Below, piece after piece: positions 12,131 to 21,358 of a stretch of 64,000 nucleotides of DNA. The notes beneath the pieces were generated by a model, which made no database searches, was not told where the DNA came from, and was given only the letters and a program-made list of their open reading frames with translations. Source of the DNA: an uncultured Acidobacteriota bacterium (GTDB taxonomy: Bacteria; Acidobacteriota; Thermoanaerobaculia; UBA5066; Gp7-AA6); contig CAVPSG010000001.1 of NCBI GenBank assembly GCA_963708395.1, positions 271,434 through 335,433 of the forward strand, given 5' to 3'. The position numbers were made by a program, and so were the translations under genes. The first letter of the stretch is position 1; each line of letters begins with the position of its first letter.

Positions 12131-14020
12131 ATGCGCCGAGCCTTCCGGACCGCGGCCTGGATGTGTGCGGCGCTCGCCTGCGCGGCGCCCGCCCGGGCCT
12201 GGATCTATTCCGAGCATCGCGCGATCACCGCCCGCGGGATCGACACGCTCGACCCGCGCAGCAAGGCCCGGCTCGACGCGATCTGGGCCGACGCGCGCGC
12301 GGATCGTTCCGCCCGCCTCTGCGAAGCCCTCGATGCCGGCGGGCAGGGAGCGAAGCCGTCGTGCATCGATCTCTCGGCGTGGCCCGCGATCGCGGGCGAT
12401 CATTCCTGTACGCCGCCGGAGCTCCTCGCGACGATCCTCGACAGCGACTGGATCCTTCCCGTCGCGGCGATTGCCGAGCGTACCGGCGAGAAGATCGCGC
12501 ATGCGCGGACAGAGAACGAGCGGCGCAACGTTCAGATGAAGGGCGATCTCGGCCTGGAGCGAGCCGACAAGGAGTATTCGACGCGCGCCGGGGCGAGCAA
12601 CGCGCACTTTCTCTTCCCGCGAGGGACCGCCGATCCCCGGGCCTACGCGGCGGAGGCGCTTCGCGGCGGCGTCGAGCCCAACGCCATGGCCCTCTACGTC
12701 GTCTTCCATCTGGCCGCGATGCACCGGGCCGCCGCGCTCGCCGGAACGACGGCGTCTCCCGCCGAGGCCCGCGACGTGCTCGCCCTGGAATCCTTCGCGC
12801 TCCACTTCCTCGAGGACTCCTTCGCCGCCGGCCACATCGCCGGGTCCTGGGGAAAGGCTGCCGAGCGCAAGGGAACGCACGACTATTACAACGAGCACGG
12901 CCTCGACACCGAAACGTGGAAGCACGAGTCGATCGTTCTCTTCGGGGACGGCCACTTGCAGCCGGAGGATCTGGAGCGCGCCGGGGAGGCCGTCCGGCGG
13001 AGCGTCGCGCAGGTCCTGGACGCGGGGACTCCCGGAACTGAGGCGCATCAGGCGGCGCTCGCCGCCGCGGAGCCGAAGGAGGTTGCCTCGGGCGACTTCA
13101 ACCTCTGCCGCGTCGAGCACATGCCCGACTGGCACATTCCGCCGCCGATGGATGTCTTCCTGAGCGAGGTCCTCCTCGAATCGCCGATTCCGTTCCGCGG
13201 GCCGGGGTTCGCCTCGCTGCCGCGCTTCCGCGCGGAGATCGGGTCGTTCCTGGGGCTCGCCAGCGGCTTCTCCTTCGCGAGCGCGGACGGCGGTTTCGTG
13301 GAGGGGAACAGCGGCGGCGTTCAGGGAGGTCTCGACGTCGGGCTGCGGTTCGGCGTCGGCCTCGACGCCCTGCTCGGCGACGGCGGCGACGGCCTCCTCT
13401 ACGTTCAGGGCGGCGTCTCGATGCAGTCGCGGTCATCGGGAAACTGCGAGCCCTACTGTTCGAGCGATCCGCTCGTTCAGCAGTTCGTGCCGGGAATTCC
13501 GGCGCGCACGGGTCTGTCGTTTCGCCTTCGGATGCCGTACTGGCTCATCCCCGGCGACCTGATCCTGGCGACGCCTCTCCTCGCGTTCACCAATCCGAAG
13601 CTCCTCGAGAAGATGGCCATCACGGCCGCCGATGGCGGCCTCATACCCTGGCAGACAAAGCTCGCGACGCCGTTCGGGCGCGTCCAGTTCGTCCTCGGCC
13701 GCGAGGTGGCCGTCCATCTGTTCGGCCGGCTCGCCGGAAAGGACGCCTTCCTCGCCATCAACCCGGACGGCCCGACCGGCCAGCCGGTGCTGACGCCGAT
13801 CGCCCTGCGCTCGATCCAGTGGGATTTCCCGATCGTCGAGGTCCGTCCCTTCCGCGAGTACGGCACGCGCTACGCGTTCGCCGGGTTCTTCCAGATCGGC
13901 GGCGGGTTCGATCGCCCGACCGACGCCGAGACGCTCATCGGCGGGCAGGCGCTGCCAAAGCTCAAGACCCGCTATTTCGGCTATCTGCGCATTTACTTCG
14001 ACGGCCGGCGCTATTTCTAG
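12131..14020 (+). CDS. Secreted protein: zinc phospholipase-C / S1-P1-nuclease-like N-domain plus a C-terminal beta-barrel-like domain
   Basis: Frame of ORF 12083..14020. ATG 12131 gives the signal peptide MRRAFRTAAWMCAALACAAPARA|W, so the mature N-terminus is Trp. SEHR, HFLEDSFAAGH and THDYYNEHG resemble the metal ligands of that fold. The C-terminus ends YLRIYFDGRRYF (OMP-like terminal Phe). Confidence 0.55.
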   Translation: MRRAFRTAAWMCAALACAAPARAWIYSEHRAITARGIDTLDPRSKARLDAIWADARADRSARLCEALDAGGQGAKPSCIDLSAWPAIAGDHSCTPPELLATILDSDWILPVAAIAERTGEKIAHARTENERRNVQMKGDLGLERADKEYSTRAGASNAHFLFPRGTADPRAYAAEALRGGVEPNAMALYVVFHLAAMHRAAALAGTTASPAEARDVLALESFALHFLEDSFAAGHIAGSWGKAAERKGTHDYYNEHGLDTETWKHESIVLFGDGHLQPEDLERAGEAVRRSVAQVLDAGTPGTEAHQAALAAAEPKEVASGDFNLCRVEHMPDWHIPPPMDVFLSEVLLESPIPFRGPGFASLPRFRAEIGSFLGLASGFSFASADGGFVEGNSGGVQGGLDVGLRFGVGLDALLGDGGDGLLYVQGGVSMQSRSSGNCEPYCSSDPLVQQFVPGIPARTGLSFRLRMPYWLIPGDLILATPLLAFTNPKLLEKMAITAADGGLIPWQTKLATPFGRVQFVLGREVAVHLFGRLAGKDAFLAINPDGPTGQPVLTPIALRSIQWDFPIVEVRPFREYGTRYAFAGFFQIGGGFDRPTDAETLIGGQALPKLKTRYFGYLRIYFDGRRYF

Positions 14021-14265
14021 CGGGTTGCTGAAAAAGGGTGTGGGATGGCGTTACGAGCGCCGGGGGTCAGATCCGAGGAAGCGCGACGAGGGCGATGCCT
14101 TCGCATCGGCGAGGAGCGATGACGAAGGAGATGGCCCCGCGCCGCCGTAACCCGGAGGGTGGACGGCACTTTGCCGGCGCCGACAAGGGCGAGGCCAGGG
14201 AAGCTCCGCGCCGCCTGCAAAGTGCCGGACACGACGCCCGCATCCATTTTTCAGCAGCCTGCTAG
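14017..14265. repeat. 249-bp MITE-like element bounded by inverted repeats CTAGCnGGyTGCTGAAAAA
   Basis: Left arm 14017-14050 and right arm 14232-14265 pair over about 19 bp (allowing G-T pairs). The left 53 nt are nearly identical to 37557-37610 in inverted orientation. Confidence 0.6.
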
Positions 14266-14282
14266 TGCAGCCGCGGCCGGCG

Positions 14283-15257
14283 TCAGGCCGCCGGCGGCTT
14301 CGCGTAGGCCATCTCCCTTAGAAGCGCGATCCGCCGCGCGATCGGCGGATGCGTCGTGAAGAGGCTCGCCCACGCGCCGCGCGGCGCCTCCGCAGGACGA
14401 CCCAGCGGGTCCGCGATACAGAGATGCGCGACGCCTTGCTTGATCGATGGTGTCGGGGCGACCGCGGCGTCGATCTTCTCGAGCGCCGAGGCGAGCGCGA
14501 GCGGGTTGCGCGTCAGCTCGGCGCCCGAGGCATCGGCGAGGTACTCCCTCTGACGCGAAACGCCGAGCGCCACGAGACGCGCGATGATCGGCGCAAGCAG
14601 GAGCGAGACGATCCAGAGCAGGAAGAAGGCGATCCCGAAGAGACCCGAGCGCCCTTCGCGGCGCCCGACGGCCCGGCCGCCTCCCCAGCGCAGGCCTCGC
14701 CGCGACGCGTCCGCGACGAGGAGGATCGCGCCCGCGAGCGCCGCCACGACGGTCATGAGTCGAATATCGAGATTTCGCACGTGCGACATCTCGTGCGCGA
14801 CCACTCCCTGGAGCTCCTCCCGGTTCAAGGCGTCGATTGCTCCGCGTGTCACGGCGATCGACGCGCGGCCCGGTCCGATCCCTGTGGCGAAAGCGTTCGG
14901 ATCGGAATCGGGGATGACCCAGACGGCGGGCTTGGGGAGCCCGGCGGCGATCGCCATCTCCTCCACGACGTTGTCGAGCGTGCGCTCGGCCGGATCGGAA
15001 GCGTTTATCGGCCGGGCGGTCGCCGATTCGAGGATCGCCTGGTCTCCTGACGCGAGCGCCCACCACGCGGAAAGGCCGCCGAACGCCAGGGCGCCGATGG
15101 TGCAGATCGGCAGACCCGGCGACCCGCCCGCGCCGTAGAGGAAACCGTCGGCGCCGAGGCCGAGCACCGCCAGGAAGATCACGATGGCTGCGAGGAACAG
15201 CGCGGTGCGCTCCCGGTTGCGCCGCTGCTGCTCGTAGAGGTTGATGACAGAAGACAA
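14283..15257 (-). CDS. htpX: M48-family zinc metalloprotease, HtpX-like
   Basis: 324-aa ORF with HEMSHVRNLD (HExxH) and 4 TM segments. Confidence 0.85.
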   Translation of the reverse strand: MSSVINLYEQQRRNRERTALFLAAIVIFLAVLGLGADGFLYGAGGSPGLPICTIGALAFGGLSAWWALASGDQAILESATARPINASDPAERTLDNVVEEMAIAAGLPKPAVWVIPDSDPNAFATGIGPGRASIAVTRGAIDALNREELQGVVAHEMSHVRNLDIRLMTVVAALAGAILLVADASRRGLRWGGGRAVGRREGRSGLFGIAFFLLWIVSLLLAPIIARLVALGVSRQREYLADASGAELTRNPLALASALEKIDAAVAPTPSIKQGVAHLCIADPLGRPAEAPRGAWASLFTTHPPIARRIALLREMAYAKPPAA

Positions 15258-15338
15258 GTCCGTCGTCCTTTGTCCCTGGTCCTTAGTCCCTTTCGACGCG
15301 CGCCTCCGACCAACGACTAGGGACTGAGGACTACGGAC
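15258..15338. repeat. 7-bp-periodic inverted array: 5x GTCCnnn, then 5x [C/G]GACnnn
   Basis: GTCC at 15258, 15265, 15272, 15279, 15286. CGAC/GGAC at 15307, 15314, 15321, 15328, 15335. Lies between the lemA stop and the htpX start. Confidence 0.7.
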
Positions 15339-15374
15339 CCCTTCGCTCGAAAAAAAGGTATCGCTCTCCCTTTC

Positions 15375-15956
15375 TCAGGAAGGCCGGACATTCAGATCGA
15401 CCTTGGGCACCTCGCGCTCGGCGGCGTCGCGGATCTCGTAGAGCTCCACGGGCTGGAACCGGAACGTCTGGGCGATGAAGCTGTCCGGGAAGATCTGTTG
15501 CGCCGTATTGAAGCGCGTCGCGAGGTCGTTGTAGAACTGCCGCGCGAAGCCGATCTTGTTTTCGGTCGACGTCAGCTCCTCCATCAGCGCCCGAACGCTC
15601 TCGTTCGACTTCAGATTGGGATAGTTCTCCGCGAGCGCGAAGAGGCGTGACAGCGTCTGGCTGAGCTGTCCCTCCTTCTCGGCGGTGTCGGCTACGCCTC
15701 GCGCCCCGGCGGCCGCGTTCCGGGCGGCGATGACCTTCTCGAGCGTGTCCTGCTCGAACTGCATCTCGCCCTTCACGGACGCGATCAGGTTGGGGATGAG
15801 GTCGTGGCGCCGCTTCAGCTGGACGTCGATCTGCTTCCAGGCGTTGGCGACCTGGTTCTTCAGCGAGACAAGGTTGTTGTACCGCCAGATCGCCCAGATG
15901 GCGGCCAAGAACGCGAGGACGAGGAGGAAGAAGAGGCAGCCCCCGACGGCCATCAT
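15375..15956 (-). CDS. lemA: LemA family membrane protein
   Basis: 193-aa ORF. N-terminal TM segment, then YNNLVSLKNQVANAWKQIDVQLKRRHDLIPNL, typical of LemA. Confidence 0.9.
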   Translation of the reverse strand: MMAVGGCLFFLLVLAFLAAIWAIWRYNNLVSLKNQVANAWKQIDVQLKRRHDLIPNLIASVKGEMQFEQDTLEKVIAARNAAAGARGVADTAEKEGQLSQTLSRLFALAENYPNLKSNESVRALMEELTSTENKIGFARQFYNDLATRFNTAQQIFPDSFIAQTFRFQPVELYEIRDAAEREVPKVDLNVRPS

Positions 15957-15960
15957 GTCG

Positions 15961-17091
15961 TCAGGCGTTCAATCCCTGCCGCAGCTCCCGGGACAGGATC
16001 TCGACGGCGGAACGCGTGCCGCCCGTCATCTTCTCTTTCCAGACCGTCTCGGTCTCGAAACGCCGGTCGCCAATCGACTCGGCCCACGGCCGAAGCGCGG
16101 CGTCGAGCTCGCTCGCCGACCAGACATCGCCGCCCCGGCTTCGGGTCATCGCGATGACATAGGGGACCGTGCGGATGAAGGCGCGAAGCGCCGTCGAGCT
16201 CTTGATCGAGTATTTGCGCCCCGCGAACGCGGCGGGAAACGCCTTCGCCGCGGCCTTGAAGTAGTTGAGGAAGAAGCGACGCGCGTTTTCGCGGAACTCG
16301 CGGGCGATCCGCCCTCCGGCCGCGTCCATCGCCGCGAACACGTCGCGCAGCTCGTCGGCGAGGGAGGCCTGCGTGACGGCGCCCTTGCCGATGCCGAGCA
16401 CTTTGATCTGTCCCCTCAACGGCGAATGCTCGTCCTCGTTCAGGGCGCGGATGATGTCGTGCGCCGCGGCGAGGTTCTCGTCGCGGTAGAGGCGGCGTCC
16501 GGAGAGCGAGATGAGGTGCGATGGATTCAGCTTCGTGTGCTTGCTGTTGATCGTCACGAAGAGCTCGACCACCTGATCGGGCGTCAGCGAGTCGAACACC
16601 ACGGCCGGGACCTGGAAGTCTTTCAGGTTGTGCTTCTCGGCGAGCTGGTGGAGGGCGAGCAGGCGGTGTTGGCCGTCGAGCGCGCGCAGGATGCCGGACT
16701 CCTCCGGAAGTTTCAGGACACCGATGTCGTTGCGGGAAGCCGAAGAGGAAAAGTCGAGCCGCTTCTCCGAGACGAGGAGGACGCTGCCCGGGATCGCCGG
16801 AAGCGTCCCCGAATCCGCGCACTGGAGGTAATACGCGACGAGCTCCTCGATCTTCTTCTGGATGATGGGACGCTGGAACGCCTGCTCGGAGGCCGCGATC
16901 TTCCGTTCCAGGAACTCCCAGTTGACCCGGACTTCCTTGCCCTTGCGAGCGTGAGGCCGCGTCGTCTGCGCCTGGGGCCCGAAGGAAAGCACCTCGAAGC
17001 CGACCAGGGACTGGAGGTCGGCCCCGGAAAGCAGGGCCTCGTAGAACCGCACGCCGAATTGGTTCAGGCGAAGCGAGGGAACAGACAGCAT
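15961..17091 (-). CDS. DGQHR-domain (DndB-like, ParB/Srx-fold) protein
   Basis: ORF 15961..17118. I prefer ATG 17091 (MLSVPSLRLNQFG..) because AGGGGGA lies 6 nt upstream. LDGQHRLLAL motif, then FVTINSKHTKLN. The stop lies 4 nt before the lemA ATG. Confidence 0.75.
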   Translation of the reverse strand: MLSVPSLRLNQFGVRFYEALLSGADLQSLVGFEVLSFGPQAQTTRPHARKGKEVRVNWEFLERKIAASEQAFQRPIIQKKIEELVAYYLQCADSGTLPAIPGSVLLVSEKRLDFSSSASRNDIGVLKLPEESGILRALDGQHRLLALHQLAEKHNLKDFQVPAVVFDSLTPDQVVELFVTINSKHTKLNPSHLISLSGRRLYRDENLAAAHDIIRALNEDEHSPLRGQIKVLGIGKGAVTQASLADELRDVFAAMDAAGGRIAREFRENARRFFLNYFKAAAKAFPAAFAGRKYSIKSSTALRAFIRTVPYVIAMTRSRGGDVWSASELDAALRPWAESIGDRRFETETVWKEKMTGGTRSAVEILSRELRQGLNA

Positions 17092-17152
17092 CCGGATCCC
17101 CCTTTGTCGGGGGCGCATTATATGTAAGGCCCCCGGAAGGGCCGGATGCCCG

Positions 17153-17497
17153 TTAGGGCGGGGAGATCGCCCGCCAATCGGCCGCGCCGGCCATCTTTTC
17201 GTGCATCTGGGAGGCCCCGGCGAGGATTCCTCGGAGCTCCGCCGTCAGGAGGCGTTCGAGGTCCGGCAGGTTCGACGGGTCGGCCAGGGGCACGGAGCAC
17301 TCGATCGCGGTCTGGCCGAGCGAGGCGAAGAACGGCGAAGGCCTCCGCGTCCAGTCGGACTCGTTGCGGCGGTGCTTGGTCATCAGGAACGCGGCGAGCC
17401 GGCGCTCATCCCAGGGCTCGACGAGCGTCCACCGGAAATTGGCCCGGGCGCCCTTGTGCTGCACTTCGGGCTTCTCGGCGGCCAGGGCAATCGACAT
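17153..17497 (-). CDS. Hypothetical protein (114 aa) upstream of the DGQHR gene
   Basis: ORF with high GC3 and no motif I recognise. AT-rich divergent promoter region at 17498-17538. Confidence 0.5.
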   Translation of the reverse strand: MSIALAAEKPEVQHKGARANFRWTLVEPWDERRLAAFLMTKHRRNESDWTRRPSPFFASLGQTAIECSVPLADPSNLPDLERLLTAELRGILAGASQMHEKMAGAADWRAISPP

Positions 17498-17538
17498 AGA
17501 TTTGGTTTAAAGATAGCATCCGCGTCAAAACGAGCCAC

Positions 17539-18309
17539 ATGAAGGCATATCTCGCGACGATTCTGGCGCTCTGCCTCGGGGCAACCGGCGCCGCATCGGC
17601 AGCGGAAGAACGTGTCGAAGGCGCGGAGCGCGTTTATCCCTCCCACCTGATGGTCGATCAGGAGGTCGTCGTCGCCGCCCGGATCACGGGCATCGTGGAC
17701 GAGATTCTCGTGGACCGCGGCGCCGCCGTGGCCAAGGATCAGCCCCTCTGCCGCCTCGACGCCCGCGAGCTCGATGCCGAGGTCGCGGAGGCGAAGGAGC
17801 AGATGGACCTGAAGAAGCTCGAGCTCGAGCGCGCCAATCGACTCTCCGACGGCAAGGTGCTGTCCGCGGCCGACCTCGACCAGAAGAAGGCCGAGTATCA
17901 GGTGGCCGTCGCGCAGTACGACCGGGTCCGGACGATGCGCGATTACACGGTGATTCGCGCGCCGTTCGCCGGGGTCGTGACCGAGAAGTACGCGCGCGTC
18001 GGGCAGAAAGTCATCGAGGATCGGGCCGAGCCTCTGTTCAAGGTCACGGCGTCCGAGCCGCTGCTCGCGCGGGTCTATCTGCCCGAGGAGGATCTGCTGA
18101 AGGTCAAACGCGGCGACCCCGTCGACGTGACCCTCGACCGATTCCCGCGGGCCCGCGCGACCGGAACGGTGCAGTTCCTGAGCCCGACGGTGGACGCGGC
18201 GAGCGGCACGTTCCAGGTGGTCGTCCAGGTCCGCCGCGATCCCGCGCTGCCGGAGCTGCGCCCCGGGGTGGCCGTCAAGGTGCATTTCCGCGGCGCCGCC
18301 CGCAACTGA
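17539..18309 (+). CDS. HlyD-family periplasmic adaptor (membrane-fusion) protein
   Basis: 256-aa ORF. Signal peptide MKAYLATILALCLGATGAASA, lipoyl-like ITGIVDEILVDRGAAVAKDQPLCRLD, coiled coil, VIRAPFAGVV. Confidence 0.85.
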   Translation: MKAYLATILALCLGATGAASAAEERVEGAERVYPSHLMVDQEVVVAARITGIVDEILVDRGAAVAKDQPLCRLDARELDAEVAEAKEQMDLKKLELERANRLSDGKVLSAADLDQKKAEYQVAVAQYDRVRTMRDYTVIRAPFAGVVTEKYARVGQKVIEDRAEPLFKVTASEPLLARVYLPEEDLLKVKRGDPVDVTLDRFPRARATGTVQFLSPTVDAASGTFQVVVQVRRDPALPELRPGVAVKVHFRGAARN

Positions 18310-18313
18310 CCGC

Positions 18314-19026
18314 ATGGCCGGCTCGCGCTCGTCGAGGCGGCTCCGCGACGCGATCGATCGCGTCCTGATCCACGACATCAAGAACATGGGGTTTCGGCTG
18401 GAGATGCTCCGGTCGAACCTCGACGAGCACTACGGCGAGCCGGACTTCAAGCGTTCGGTCCAGGAGCTGCTCGCCTCGACCGTCGACAAGCTCGACAAGA
18501 TCGTCGGCCGATGGTCGGCCGACGAGGACGCCGTGCTCATCAAGGTGGCCCTCGACCTCAACGCCCTCATCCGCGAGGTGGGAGACGCCCCGACGCGCCG
18601 CGGCGGGCGCCAGAGGCGCGCCGGCGGAGGTGATCTGGGCCGGCTGTCGTTCGCCCTCGGAGATCTGCCGGCCGTCTGGGGCGATCCCTACTACCTGCGA
18701 GACGCCCTCGCGAGCCTCGTGGACAATGCCCTGGAGGCGGCCGGACCGCCCGGCAAGGTCCTCGTTCGCAGCTTCGCCACCGGAAAGCCACCCCGGCGCC
18801 GCGCGAACATCGAGATCATCGACAACGGCCCGGGCATGTCGGCCGATTTCGTCCGGGACCGGCTCTTTCAGCCGTTTCAGACGACCAAGTCGGACGGCGT
18901 GGGCCTCGGCCTTTTCACGGCCAATCAGATCGTCCGCCATCACGGCGGCGCCGTGCGCCTGAGATCGCGGCCCGGAGAAGGGACGGTCGTCCGCCTGTCA
19001 TTTCCGGCGGTGCGGCCCGAGGCCTG

Positions 19027-19027
<1 letters not shown>
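18314..19027 (+). CDS. Histidine kinase core (DHp + HATPase) without TM or sensor domain; PrsK-like H-box
   Basis: 237-aa ORF. H-box VLIHDIKNMGFRL, N box LVDNALEA, G boxes IIDNGPGM and DGVGLGLF. Starts 4 nt after the adaptor stop. Confidence 0.85.
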
Positions 19028-20406
<1,379 letters not shown>

Positions 20407-20410
20407 CTTC

Positions 20411-20443
20411 TGGTTGGAAAATTCAACCGAGGGTTGAAAAAAC
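20411..20443 (+). promoter_or_regulatory. Candidate enhancer (UAS) for the sigma54 activator
   Basis: TGGTTGgaaaattCAACCgagGGTTGaaaaaac: inverted GGTTG/CAACC plus a third GGTTG. It lies about 100 bp upstream of the -24/-12 element. An AT-rich stretch (20481-20510) in between could be a bending site. Confidence 0.3.
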
Positions 20444-20532
20444 TCCTCTTCCGGTCGACTCGGACAACTTCTCGGGTCTTAGAAATGCTTTATTTTCAGT
20501 TGTTTTTAGGAAACAGGGGCGCCGGATGCAGT

Positions 20533-20547
20533 TGGTCCCAAGCTTGC
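20533..20547 (+). promoter_or_regulatory. Sigma54 (-24/-12) promoter
   Basis: TGGTCCCAAGCTTGC has exactly the TGG-N8-TTGC register of the consensus TGGCACG-N4-TTGC. It ends 31 nt before ATG 20579, with AAGGAGGGA as RBS. Confidence 0.7.
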
Positions 20548-20578
20548 GATGAGCAGAGGTGAAGCAAGGAGGGAAGCA

Positions 20579-21069
20579 ATGGCAAACGAAGTGAGAATCA
20601 AGCTGACGGACGAGCAGAAGGCGAAGATCAAGGAAGCCACGGGCAAGGATATGCCGGAGATTCGGGTCGGAAGCCTCGGCGACAACCCGGCGCTCTCGGC
20701 GAAGACGGTTGCCCCGCACACCTCGGCGCGCACGGTCCATGCGGCCCGCACGGTCGCCGCGGCCAAGGGCGTCCAGGCAGCCAAGGGCATCCACGCGGCC
20801 AAGGGTGTTCAGGCGGCCAGGGGCGTTCAGGCGGCCAGGGCGTTCAGGCGGCCAAGGGCGTTCAAGCTGCCAAGGGCGTTCAGGCGGCCAGGGGCGTTCA
20901 GGCGGCCAGGGGCGTCCAGGCTGCCAAAGGCGTTCAGGCGGCCAAGACCGTCGCGCCCCGCGCAGCGGCCCGGAACCTCGCAGCCCGCACGGCGACCCGG
21001 AACGTGGCCGCCCGCAACGCGACCCGCAACATCTCGGCGCGCAACTCGACTCGCGGCACCACGAAGTAA
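20579..21069 (+). CDS. Small, very basic Ala/Lys/Arg-rich hexapeptide-repeat protein (163 aa after correcting a 1-nt deletion in a G tract)
   Basis: Frame of ORF 20549..21250. ATG 20579 with a strong RBS. MANEVRIKLTDEQKAKIKEATGKDMPEIRV.. is followed by GVQAA[K/R] repeats. The frame breaks at 20838-20840. The corrected frame stops at TAA 21067-21069, just before a terminator. Confidence 0.7.
20759..20955 (+). repeat. 11 tandem 18-bp coding repeats (GCGGCCAAGGGCGTYCAG variants), one unit of 17 bp
   Basis: Units start at 20759, 20777, 20795, 20813, 20831 (17 bp), 20848, 20866, 20884, 20902, 20920 and 20938. Confidence 0.9.
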
Positions 21070-21091
21070 CCGCTCACGTTCGGATCTTCGA

Positions 21092-21121
21092 GCGCCCCGC
21101 TGCGGCGGGGCGCTTTTCTTT
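21092..21121 (+). terminator. Rho-independent terminator
   Basis: GCGCCCCGC-tgcg-GCGGGGCGC (9-bp GC stem) followed by TTTTCTTT. Confidence 0.8.
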
Positions 21122-21358
21122 CGTCGCGATCGCTTGCTCGTTCGCCTGGCTCCGCCACCGGCTCGCGGCTCGTCGAGAAGGGACTCGACCGCGAGCCTGG
21201 CGACCTCGCTGCGCGCTCGCTCCCGCAGCGCGAGTCGCTTCGCTCGGTGAACTTCGCGAAGCTTTGTCGCGCTGCGATCGAATCGTCGACTTCAGGCTCA
21301 GACTTCGGGCGAACTGTTCCCGGGAACTCTCCGACGGAGCGACGAAGGCCGCCCTTTT

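Noticed and set aside
14038-14265. 75-aa ORF inside the MITE-like element.
   Set aside because: It has no RBS, poor coding character, and is bounded by the element's inverted repeats.
20759-20955. Regular 18-bp direct repeats that might suggest a CRISPR-like array.
   Set aside because: The repeats are contiguous with no spacers, lie in frame inside a coding sequence, and there are no cas genes. They are a coding tandem repeat.
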